Virus record (IMG/VR): IMGVR_UViG_3300007734_000746
Coordinates: 1 to 63,746 of that record
Reading direction: 5' to 3' (one strand)
Origin: a virus
Taxonomy: Duplodnaviria > Caudoviricetes
Length of the DNA stretch: 63,746 nt
Shown: piece after piece, positions 35,852 to 44,000 of the stretch
How positions within the stretch are numbered: position 1 is the first letter of the stretch
How the letters are laid out: every line of letters begins with the position of its first letter
Program-made: the position numbers and the translations under genes
Notes under the pieces: generated by a model
Told to the model about the DNA's origin: nothing
The model's database searches: none
The model's input: the letters and a program-made list of their open reading frames with translations, nothing else

Positions 35852-36192
35852 TTGCTTTGCTCCTTATTGCGTTTGTAATAATTTTTTGAGTAGGCTGCTC
35901 TTTTTGCGCGCAAAACATTTTTGTTTTTTGCGTACCACTCACGTTGGTACTTGCGCTTTTTTTCCTTGGCCGCGATTTCTTCCGCGCTTACCTCTTTTCT
36001 GGTAAACACAGGTTCACCCTCCCCGCGAATAGGTGCGGCGGCATATTTGTTAAGCGCAAACGTTGTTGCCTCTAGATTTTTTATCCGTCTTTCCAGCTTA
36101 TCAACTTTATCAACCAACCATCTGATGGTCTGACCCTGGGCTTTCAAATCATCACTCATCTCTTTTGCTATCTTGAAAATGTTCCAACTCAT
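35848..36192 (-). CDS. Coiled-coil protein with basic C-terminus
   Basis: 114 aa, AGGAG RBS; first gene of the minus-strand operon. Confidence 0.7.
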   Translation of the reverse strand: MSWNIFKIAKEMSDDLKAQGQTIRWLVDKVDKLERRIKNLEATTFALNKYAAAPIRGEGEPVFTRKEVSAEEIAAKEKKRKYQREWYAKNKNVLRAKRAAYSKNYYKRNKEQSK

Positions 36193-36217
36193 TTGCTTTC
36201 TCCTAAGTTAAAAAGGT

Positions 36218-36293
36218 GAGGGTACTCGCTGCACTAGCGCTGCGTTTTAGGATGTTGGACCGGTTTCGCAACACTAGCATCCGCTTTCCCCTC
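36218..36293 (-). ncRNA. Structured 5' leader with loop-E/sarcin-ricin-type motif
   Basis: GAGGG/CCCUC stem, GAA/AGUA internal loop, 11-bp stem CUAGUGUUGCG/CGCAGCGCUAG. Confidence 0.65.
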
Positions 36294-36299
36294 GTAAAC

Positions 36300-36329
36300 A
36301 TCATACCACATGAATTCCAAGCATATCAA
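36300..36329 (-). promoter_or_regulatory. Sigma70 promoter
   Basis: TTGATA-18 nt-TATGAT with extended TG; predicted start ~36293 coincides with the leader's first base. Confidence 0.7.
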
Positions 36330-36354
36330 CTGTTGCATCATCAATGCTAAGCCC

Positions 36355-36670
36355 TCTTACCCGTTGACCCTCCCTCCCCCGGTTTTTGGGTGTTGGATGG
36401 CTAACGACTCTTTATCAAGGTGTTTTGACTGGTTTTTAAGCAGCCTAACGGCAGACCGGACTGCCGCCCTCCCCTGGAATCCCGATAAAGCCAGTTCTCA
36501 CCGGCTTGTCGATCATCTCCCAGCGTACTAGGGTATGTGTCTTTACGACAACCTTGTTTATTCCTTTTGGCTTGCGCTACTTCGGAGGTGCGGGTCACAC
36601 CGAGTTTTTTGTCTTTTCTTCCACGCTGGCGATACAACCACTTGCTAACGGATGGAGTCCGGTCGCAGCC
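36355..36670 (-). ncRNA. Putative large structured ncRNA
   Basis: Long-range complementary pairs 36656-64/36454-62, 36623-29/36520-26, 36546-51/36506-11, 36481-90/36410-19; no credible ORF. Confidence 0.45.
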
Positions 36671-36677
36671 GCAAACG

Positions 36678-36769
36678 AAAAAAGCCGTTACTACTGCACT
36701 GGGTCGTTCCCTCCTAATGGAGGCCAATGCATGAGTAACGGCTCTAAACCTGTTGTGAACGACTACAAC
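36678..36769 (-). terminator. Attenuator-like leader: small hairpin plus long terminator hairpin with U-tract
   Basis: AGCCGUUACU/AGUAACGGCU followed by UUUUU; the upstream hairpin loop GUCGUUC is complementary to the bulge GAACGAC. Confidence 0.65.
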
Positions 36770-36776
36770 GGTTATC

Positions 36777-36805
36777 ACTATAACGCACTTTTTGCTTTTC
36801 GGCAA
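36777..36805 (-). promoter_or_regulatory. Sigma70 promoter
   Basis: TTGCCG-17 nt-TATAGT. Confidence 0.7.
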
Positions 36806-36823
36806 TAAGTACTAAAAAATATT

Positions 36824-36966
36824 TGTTGGTGTCCTGCCTTGAACTTTACCGCAGGTTGAAAGTCTCAGGCTTTCGCCACACCAACACGGCTGGGGACTGG
36901 TTTGTCAGACGATGTGTCTGCTGGTCACCGGCAGCTTTCCCGATAAGACCAATCCCCATGCGTGTT
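36824..36966 (-). ncRNA. Two overlapping multi-branch RNA structures
   Basis: AACACG/CGUGUU plus 11-bp UGGGGAUUGGU/ACCAGUCCCCA (36883-36966); UGUUGGUGU/ACACCAACA (36824-36886) enclosing two hairpins. Confidence 0.55.
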
Positions 36967-36973
36967 AGCTTTC

Positions 36974-36995
36974 AACTCTAACATCTGTTAATGTT
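36974..36995. promoter_or_regulatory. 22-bp palindromic site
   Basis: AACTCTAAC-ATCT-GTTAATGTT (one mismatch to 16883-16904). Confidence 0.7.
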
Positions 36996-37022
36996 AAAAG
37001 AACCCCCCAGTCTCCTAGGGGG
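36996..37022 (-). terminator. Rho-independent terminator
   Basis: CCCCCUAG-GAGA-CUGGGGGG-UUCUUUU. Confidence 0.7.
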
Positions 37023-37056
37023 TAAGGGTCTTTTTAGGACCAAGGAGAAAGCAAGT

Positions 37057-37371
37057 TTATTCTACATGAATAATTTTTACTTGCCAACGGTTGTCCTTTT
37101 TCTGCCAGCCGTGGACCTCTATCTTGATGCCTGACTCCCTGACTATGTCCAGGTTCTCATGCTCTAGGATCTTCTTTAGCCGGGAAGATGTGTTGTTCCA
37201 GCTGGTGGTCTGCACGCCGATTACCGCCCCCTGGCCAAGGCACAGGATGTCAATGAAACCGGCGAAGTCATTTTTACGTTTTGTAAAAGAGTTGTACCGC
37301 TCCACTACCTCGGCATAGAAGCCGTTGTCCCTCATGTACTTGAGACTGCGCTGCGTTGTAGTGACTGCCAT
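37057..37371 (-). CDS. PD-(D/E)XK endonuclease / resolvase-like protein
   Basis: Start MAVTTTQ; D..GFIDILCL.....GVQ.TS..I.VHGW.K. Confidence 0.7.
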   Translation of the reverse strand: MAVTTTQRSLKYMRDNGFYAEVVERYNSFTKRKNDFAGFIDILCLGQGAVIGVQTTSWNNTSSRLKKILEHENLDIVRESGIKIEVHGWQKKDNRWQVKIIHVE

Positions 37372-37389
37372 AAATATTTTCCCAAGTTG

Positions 37390-37419
37390 TTGCAAGACAT
37401 GATACACTGTGGGTACAAT
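37390..37419 (+). promoter_or_regulatory. Sigma70 promoter for the recombination operon
   Basis: TTGCAA-18 nt-TACAAT. Confidence 0.55.
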
Positions 37420-37499
37420 GTGTTGCCCCACCACCTAATTCTACAGGAGAGACATATGCGTTGCTTTACATATGACACTAGGCCAATCAAGGAAAAAGC

Positions 37500-38378
37500 A
37501 TGATCATCACTAACAGGTACAACCTACCGCAGACGTTTGTGAACGTCTTAAAGCGCCCGTCTTACTCTAAGGGAAAGTCCAACATCTCGGCAACCGAGTT
37601 GATCTCTTCCCCAAGGATTGTCCAGCTACGCAAGCTGCACGCCGACGAAATTGAGCAGGACGTTAGCGAGATGGTCTGGTCCATCTTTGGCACGGCCATT
37701 CACGGCGTACTGGAACACGGCAAGGATGACCACCACCTGGTCGAGGAGCGGCTGCACACCAATGTTGACGGCTGGGCCATTTCCGGCGCCATAGACTTAC
37801 AGATCATTAATGAGGATGGCACCATCACTGTTAATGATTACAAGACTGTAGGCGCATGGTCGGTGATGAACGAGAAGATAGACTGGGAACTCCAGCTAAA
37901 CATCTATGCCTGGCTTGTCCGCAGGGTAAAGAACGTCGATGTAAGCAAGCTGGAGATCGTGGCCATCATCCGCGATTGGAGCCGCAGGGATGCCGCAATC
38001 AAGCCATCCTACCCCGATGCCCCTGTGAAGGTTATACCCATCCAATTATGGCCATACGAGCGCCAGCAGGAGTTTATCCAGCAGCGCATTGAGATCCACT
38101 CCAACGCCCTGTTTGATCTTGATACGGGCGATGAGTTACCCCACTGCACATCTGAGGAGATGTGGGAAAAACAAACAACCTACGCGGTAAAAAAGATTGG
38201 TGGCGTCAAGGCACGCAATGTCTGTGACACCAATGAGGAAGCTCTAGCCAAGGTGGCGGAGTATGGGAAAGAGTACGAGATAGAAGTGCGTCCAGGGGAA
38301 CGGACGCGCTGCGCTAACTTTTGCTCTGTCAGTAAGTACTGCAATCAGTATCAGGACTATTTAAAAACTAAGGAGTAA
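37500..38378 (+). CDS. Cas4-like PD-(D/E)XK exonuclease
   Basis: GTAIHGVLE, SGAID, DYKT, QLNIY and C-terminal RC..FC.V..YC.Q motifs. Confidence 0.85.
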   Translation: MIITNRYNLPQTFVNVLKRPSYSKGKSNISATELISSPRIVQLRKLHADEIEQDVSEMVWSIFGTAIHGVLEHGKDDHHLVEERLHTNVDGWAISGAIDLQIINEDGTITVNDYKTVGAWSVMNEKIDWELQLNIYAWLVRRVKNVDVSKLEIVAIIRDWSRRDAAIKPSYPDAPVKVIPIQLWPYERQQEFIQQRIEIHSNALFDLDTGDELPHCTSEEMWEKQTTYAVKKIGGVKARNVCDTNEEALAKVAEYGKEYEIEVRPGERTRCANFCSVSKYCNQYQDYLKTKE

Positions 38379-38380
38379 GC

Positions 38381-38551
38381 ATGAAAGACGACCTATTGAC
38401 AACGGCCATACTTGGCTGGGTTATCGCGTCATGGTTGACGCACGTTATTGTTTGTTTGTCGGCTGGCAAATGGGGATTCCTCATTGCTGGCGCAATCATT
38501 TTCCCAATCGCATGGATTCATGGAACCGGCGTTTGGTTTGGATTTTTTTAA
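38381..38551 (+). CDS. 56-aa membrane protein
   Basis: SWLTHV.VC....WGFLIAGA..FP....HG.G.WFG; AGGAG RBS. Confidence 0.7.
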   Translation: MKDDLLTTAILGWVIASWLTHVIVCLSAGKWGFLIAGAIIFPIAWIHGTGVWFGFF

Positions 38552-38560
38552 AGGAAAAGC

Positions 38561-39256
38561 ATGGTACATAAAAAACTAATGACTGCGCGGGTACGCCTGC
38601 TACACACAAAGCTACAAAAAAGCGGGCTTAACAAGTTCGCTGGGTACAAGTATTTTGAATTGGGCGACTTTTTGCCTGAGGTTCAAATGATCTTTAACGA
38701 TCTAGGTCTGTGCGGCGTTGTGTCTTATGACGCAGGCTACGCAACCCTAACCATCACTGATACGGATGACGGCACAGTAATCGTCATTACTAGCCCTATG
38801 GCTGGTGCTGAACTCAAGGGAGCGCACCCCATCCAGAATCTAGGTGCTGTTGAAACCTACCAACGACGCTACCTATGGATGACGGCTATGGAGATTGTCG
38901 AGAACGACATCATTGACTCTTCCCCTCAAAAGGTAGAAGAGCCTAAGCCAAAAACAGAGCCAAAAACAGAGCTTAAAACAGAGCCGAAGAAGCCTGTTAA
39001 GGGAGATAAGCTTCCCAGTGAATGGTCAGAGCCTAACCCAAAGTGGACCATTGAGATTGATGCGCCCAACGAAGAGCAGTGGAACAAGTTGTTGCTGGAC
39101 TGCACCAAGCTCAACATAAGCATGGCCAAGAGCGAAGACGATGTGAAAGAAATGTACAAGGTCAACCGCCAGCACTACGACAAAGTGAAAACAGAGTCAC
39201 CCGATGTTCATGCCACCATCATGGACTTGTTTAAAGAAGCGAAAGGAAAGTTTTAA
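38561..39256 (+). CDS. erf: ERF-family ssDNA-annealing recombinase
   Basis: KSG.NKF.GY.YFEL.DFLP..Q.LGAVETY.RRYLW..A.EI. Confidence 0.85.
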   Translation: MVHKKLMTARVRLLHTKLQKSGLNKFAGYKYFELGDFLPEVQMIFNDLGLCGVVSYDAGYATLTITDTDDGTVIVITSPMAGAELKGAHPIQNLGAVETYQRRYLWMTAMEIVENDIIDSSPQKVEEPKPKTEPKTELKTEPKKPVKGDKLPSEWSEPNPKWTIEIDAPNEEQWNKLLLDCTKLNISMAKSEDDVKEMYKVNRQHYDKVKTESPDVHATIMDLFKEAKGKF

Positions 39257-39516
39257 TGGATTACCCAAACACAGGTGTGCTATTCACCTCAACAAACAAA
39301 CGCAATGAACGTGCGCCGGATATGAACGGCAACATAAAGTTTGACAAAGCCTATCTCATTGAGATGATTGGGGCGGCAAAAGGCCGGGATGAAGTAACCA
39401 TCAAGTTAGATGGCTGGGTCAAGCGCGACAAGAACAATAACCGCATGGTTTCAATAAAGGTGAACACCTACGTTAAGCCCGCAGCAATACAAGAAAGGGA
39501 TCCTTGGGATGAATAA
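39256..39516 (+). CDS. Small ssDNA-binding protein-like
   Basis: N.G.LF...K....PD..G.I..GW..SI; acidic/aromatic tail DPWDE. Confidence 0.6.
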   Translation: MDYPNTGVLFTSTNKRNERAPDMNGNIKFDKAYLIEMIGAAKGRDEVTIKLDGWVKRDKNNNRMVSIKVNTYVKPAAIQERDPWDE

Positions 39517-39703
39517 GAAGAAACCAACCACAGTTAAAGAGTGGGAAAAGGTTTGCGAGAACCTTAACTCTGCACTTCAGTCCATGATGAAAGATGAAGT
39601 AAAACTTCAGAATAAGATTGAGAAACTTGAGGAGCAGTTGACCATGTCTGTTGGCGTGATCAAATACTTGGAGATGAAACTTGAGCGACCCAATCCAGTT
39701 TGA
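39509..39703 (+). CDS. Coiled-coil protein
   Basis: 64 aa. Confidence 0.6.
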   Translation: MNKKKPTTVKEWEKVCENLNSALQSMMKDEVKLQNKIEKLEEQLTMSVGVIKYLEMKLERPNPV

Positions 39704-40103
39704 GGGCATTAAGACTGGGCTGAAACAGTCCAAGGACGGCTATGTCTTAACCATAGCTGTCCATCCTGATGACCTTCCTGATGACTTAATGCGGGACTTT
39801 GTTGGCTCGCGTTATGTTGTTGTGATGGTGCGGCTGGGCGACGATGAGCAGCCCATGAGCCGTGAACATGAGTTTCCAGGCGACCATGCCGTTAAGATGG
39901 CTGGAATACTCTGCCGCGACCCTGAGTTCTGGGAATGGCTACACAAGAAAGAGTGGCTGATGGAGAAGAACGAAAAGGCTTGCGCCTCTTGGCTAATTTC
40001 TTATCTGGACATAGAGTCCCGCAAGGAACTAAAGACAAACGAAGAGGCCCGTGATTTATTTAACCGTCTTAAAGCAAGCTTTGAGGCATGGAGGAAACAA
40101 TGA
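39681..40103 (+). CDS. Conserved phage protein
   Basis: FE..K..LKQ.KDG..L...VHP; AG.LCRD..FW..SR.EL. Confidence 0.7.
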   Translation: MSDPIQFEGIKTGLKQSKDGYVLTIAVHPDDLPDDLMRDFVGSRYVVVMVRLGDDEQPMSREHEFPGDHAVKMAGILCRDPEFWEWLHKKEWLMEKNEKACASWLISYLDIESRKELKTNEEARDLFNRLKASFEAWRKQ

Positions 40104-40372
40104 AGAAACTAATCCCCTACAGCGTTTATCTGCCTGTAGAGTACCACGACAAGATAAAAGTATTGGCTGCGCAGCGCAAAGCATCAGCAATGGTGCGTGA
40201 CGCCATCTGCATGATTCTTGACGGCAATGACGCCTACAAAGCTGGCTACAACAAAGCTTTGAAAGACTGCGTCCGGCAGATTGATGAGGTAAAAGAGATT
40301 GAGCATATCGCCATCAAGGGCAAGTACCTTAACGATCTTCTGTCCCAAAAAATTGAAGCGCTGGAGATGTGA
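40100..40372 (+). CDS. Ribbon-helix-helix-like protein
   Basis: YSVYLP.E..DKIK.LA..RKAS.MVRDAI. Confidence 0.55.
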   Translation: MKKLIPYSVYLPVEYHDKIKVLAAQRKASAMVRDAICMILDGNDAYKAGYNKALKDCVRQIDEVKEIEHIAIKGKYLNDLLSQKIEALEM

Positions 40373-40584
40373 TGGATGAATTCGACAACATGCAGAATGC
40401 TATTTATCAAGCAATAGCAAATACGGATTGCAGAGAACCAATGAACGCTGTTATGGCGCTCTGTGCTGTGATGTGTGACCTAATGGTCCAACTCAAGATG
40501 GATGACGAAAGACATGCCGTTAACGCTGTTATACGTACCCTGCGCTTAGCAAAAGAAACGCGCCAGAACACGGAGATCCATTAA
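40369..40584 (+). CDS. Hypothetical protein
   Basis: 71 aa. Confidence 0.55.
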   Translation: MMDEFDNMQNAIYQAIANTDCREPMNAVMALCAVMCDLMVQLKMDDERHAVNAVIRTLRLAKETRQNTEIH

Positions 40585-40781
40585 TGACCGAGCATGAAGA
40601 AAACCTACGCGACTTGGCGGCTATGTTTGCTATGACCGGTTTGATCATCAGGAACAGAGAGAGGGATCAAATTATCCCTACCGCCTTTGCATTTGCCGAC
40701 TACTTCATGGAGGCGCGCAAACCTGAAGAGGGCATTGCGGCCATCAAGAAGCAGCGCAAGAAAAATGTACAGGAATCGTAA
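40584..40781 (+). CDS. Hypothetical protein (LRDLAAMFAM.G)
   Basis: Similar motif to 35050-35295. Confidence 0.6.
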   Translation: MTEHEENLRDLAAMFAMTGLIIRNRERDQIIPTAFAFADYFMEARKPEEGIAAIKKQRKKNVQES

Positions 40782-41052
40782 GTTGCTGGATGCTGCGCGT
40801 GAGTTGCCCTGCCAACATTGTGGTACGCAAAATGGTACGGTGGTGGCGGCTCACAGCAATCAACTGCGGGACGGCAAAGGCCGAGGCCTCAAGGCGCACG
40901 ACTACAGGATTGCATCACTCTGTTACAAGTGCCACTCTGACCTGGACCAGGGCACCCACATGAGCAAGGCCGAAAGAATTGAGCTGTGGGAGGATGCACA
41001 CCGCAAGACTATCGGACTTATGTTTGAACGCGAGATTATTGGGCTGCTTTAA
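40765..41052 (+). CDS. HNH-like Zn nuclease (DUF968/DUF1364-like)
   Basis: MYRNRKLL...PCQHCG..VAAHSN..GKG.G.KA.D..ASLC..CH. Confidence 0.75.
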   Translation: MYRNRKLLDAARELPCQHCGTQNGTVVAAHSNQLRDGKGRGLKAHDYRIASLCYKCHSDLDQGTHMSKAERIELWEDAHRKTIGLMFEREIIGLL

Positions 41053-44000
41053 CCTTATCGTTAAAGTCTTTCATGGCTTTAATCCTCATCTCTTCAATAC
41101 GCCGAGCATTCTTTGTATCGTTTTTATCAAGATACATTTTCTTCTCTTTGTTAAGTTTAGAAATTCTGTTTTCTACGTTATTGGCTTGTTGCCATAACTT
41201 AGATTCAGGATTTGCTTTTTTGTACTCTTCAACAGGCTCTTTGTTTTGTATGCGCTTTTTGATTTCATGCTCATACTCAGCCATTTGAGATATGTTGTCG
41301 TAAAACTTAGCTGAGATGGCAGCCGGTGTTTTAGTTTCCCCGTACAGTTTTCCAACCACTGGGATCTTGTACGCGGGAACTTCTTCTCCCTCGGCTGCGG
41401 CTTTAATAGATCCAACACCCTTAATTACTTCTCTGCCTACGCCGCCAAAGTACTGTCCAGCCAAGTAATCTATTTCATCAGCTGTTGGGCTAACTAATCC
41501 CTTGGTGTGTTTTGTCCCCATTGGAGATGTAATGAAGTTTAAAAACTCAGCTATTCCTTGGCTAATGAATGTAGCTGTAGGACGAGAGCGCTCATATCCA
41601 GGCGTTGGCTGGGTGGCCATATCCTTCTTATAGATCGGACGACCAAACGCATCTTTGTTTGCTGAGATTGCAAATAGTGGATCAAACGCGGTTGGCGCAA
41701 TCATTTGGGTAAAGCTACCAGCACCCAACGGATTAAATGAATCAAGAATTAATGATCCAATGCTTAGAGCTTTATCCCCAAGACCTTGATTGCTCTTAAG
41801 CAGCCCGCCTTTGATAAGCACAGCCTCAGTCAAGATGCGGCCAATTCCTGGGAACACATTGAGTCCTGGGGGCATTGGCAAGATGATGTAGTTGTTTCCT
41901 GCAAATGGGATTGGAATGATCAGGTTCTTGTCCTTCAAAAACTCCGGAGGATCTCCATCATCGTACCCATTTAACGCCAACGCAATTGCTTGAATGACGC
42001 CCAGGGCGATACCGCCAGCAATGATCTTTTTGCCCATTGGCCCGTTTAGGGTTTGTATTAAGCGAGCAGTTCCTTGGACGGATGCATTGATAAAAGCATA
42101 CAAAGCCTGGAAGGTTGGGGAAGCAGCTCCTTTGCGGTTAAAGTTAACGGTCAACTCTTTAGCAATAGACGCAGCCTTTTGTTCACTCAGACCTTTCTCA
42201 AGCGCAACTTTAAACGCCGACAAGCGCACAGCGTTTTCCATTGCATCGTTGTAGTCAGAGAGCCAATCAAAAAGCTTTTGTGTGGCTTTTTTAACATTAC
42301 CCCTGTTGAGCCGCTTCATTTCCTGCTCAACAATATTTACCTTTTCTTTTGGCGCGCCAGTCCTCATGCGCTCAACAAACTTATCAAATGACTCGCTTTG
42401 ACCGCTGAACTGCTTAGCAAATCCAGTGGTGCCTCCGGCAAGTCGCATTTGATCAAACAAATCTATTAAAGCTTGTTCTTCTGGAGATGAGGCTGGCTTT
42501 TTCCTCAAGCTTTTCCAGATAGCAAACATTGCTGGCAGGGTGCCTTTTAAAACTTCTTTTTCTTTCCCGGCAATTTCTGTCGTTGAAAGATTGAAGGCAG
42601 CGCTTTGTACGTCACGGGTCATGTTCCATGCGCCAAACACTGGGTTGAACTGCGTATTGATAGATGCAATCCAACGTGTTACCGCGCCGATATTACCCAA
42701 GACAAAGCCAAGTTGGTCAGAGTCCAGATTCTTCAGCGACATAGCCATGCGCATGGCACGCTCATCTTTAGGATTAAAGATGATGAATCGGTCTTCCCCA
42801 TTGATACGAACAGGGAACACGTTCTTGCTGTTGTATTGCGCTGGGTTAACGTCATAACGCACAAGTCCCGTGGTCTTGTCAATCGACGGGGTTTGCAGCG
42901 GGCGAATAAGGCTTTCTGCATCCTGAATAGTCAAGCCAAGGCTAACCATCTCTTGAATGAGTTTGGCCTTATTCTTAATCGCATTAGGATTAATCGGCAA
43001 CCAGAACTTTGGATTAGGGTTGGTGATGGCCAATGCATACAAAGCCCTGCCAACTTTTGCCTGCTCAGATCTGCGAATTGCTTTCTCGCGCTGCATTGCA
43101 ATGTTGGCCAGGATATCTTTAACTGGTTTAACGGAACCTACCGCACGCTTAGATGCACCGCCTTTTGTTCCTACTCCGCCAACATATCCAGAACCGGTGT
43201 GTACAAAGTCTAGGTCATCACGCTGTAGTGGGACGTAGTGCTTATAAGTTTTGTTCCATTGGTCAATAGTGTCCTGAGTCTCAAGACCACCATCAACCAA
43301 CATCTTCTGCGTTCCATCAATGATGTCATCAATCTTGGCAGCAAAGCGCTCCAGCTTGGCTTTCTCAGCGGCTGGTAAGTTGGACAAGTAATCCTGGGCG
43401 TCAGTTGTTTTAATTCCTGAGCCGGTATCCTGAACATCAGGAGAAAGATTAATCTTGTTAATCTGTTCGTTGCGCTCTTGTGCATGGCGGTTGTGCAAGT
43501 ACGTTTCGAGCGCCTCTACACTTATGCCCTCACGCTTCATTTGCTCAAGCAGCGGACGGAAATCATCTTTCAAGAAATCCAAAATGCGCTCAGCAGAACG
43601 CCCGTGATAAAGAGTTTCTTTTGTATAGGCGTCCAGGCGCTCATCAATCTGGCCAACCTTTTCATTGATCCTCTCAATTACACGCTTGGTGTCTATCTGT
43701 TTATCTGCGCCTTGATAGATAAGTCCATCTGTAAAAGATGGCTCAACCGTATCCCAAAGGGCTGTTGGTGCTGCATTGCCTTTATAGTTTTGGATGGAGA
43801 GATAGTATCCTTCGCCCAACATCTCTCTCGTTACAAACTTGCCGTCAGACTTAGCTAGGCTATCTAGCGCACGGATGATGGAGGCATCAGACTTCAATCC
43901 AAACAGCGACTTGATCTTCTGGCCAAACTCTTTGAGCCAATTCTTCAGACGCGCCAGCAAGCCGCCTTGTACAGCGTCATAGCGGGCTTTAACAATGTCA

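Noticed and set aside
36465-36485. Similarity of TTCCAGGGG to the ColE1 origin
   Set aside because: Match of only ~9 nt; not significant alone
36401-36805. 134-aa minus-strand ORF and overlapping plus-strand ORFs
   Set aside because: Starts at the TTG of the -35 box, lacks an RBS, crosses a terminator and has no recognisable motif
36850-36880. Hammerhead ribozyme or TPP riboswitch (CUGAGA and GAAA present)
   Set aside because: The core elements are not arranged around the required stems; GAAA fits a GNRA loop or a stem strand instead
36200-37055. tRNA genes
   Set aside because: No cloverleaf with a T-loop GTTCRA and acceptor stem found by eye; tRNAscan-SE is needed to exclude fully
37500-38378. 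Cas4 as evidence of a CRISPR system
   Set aside because: Stand-alone Cas4-like exonuclease next to ERF and SSB is a standard phage recombination module
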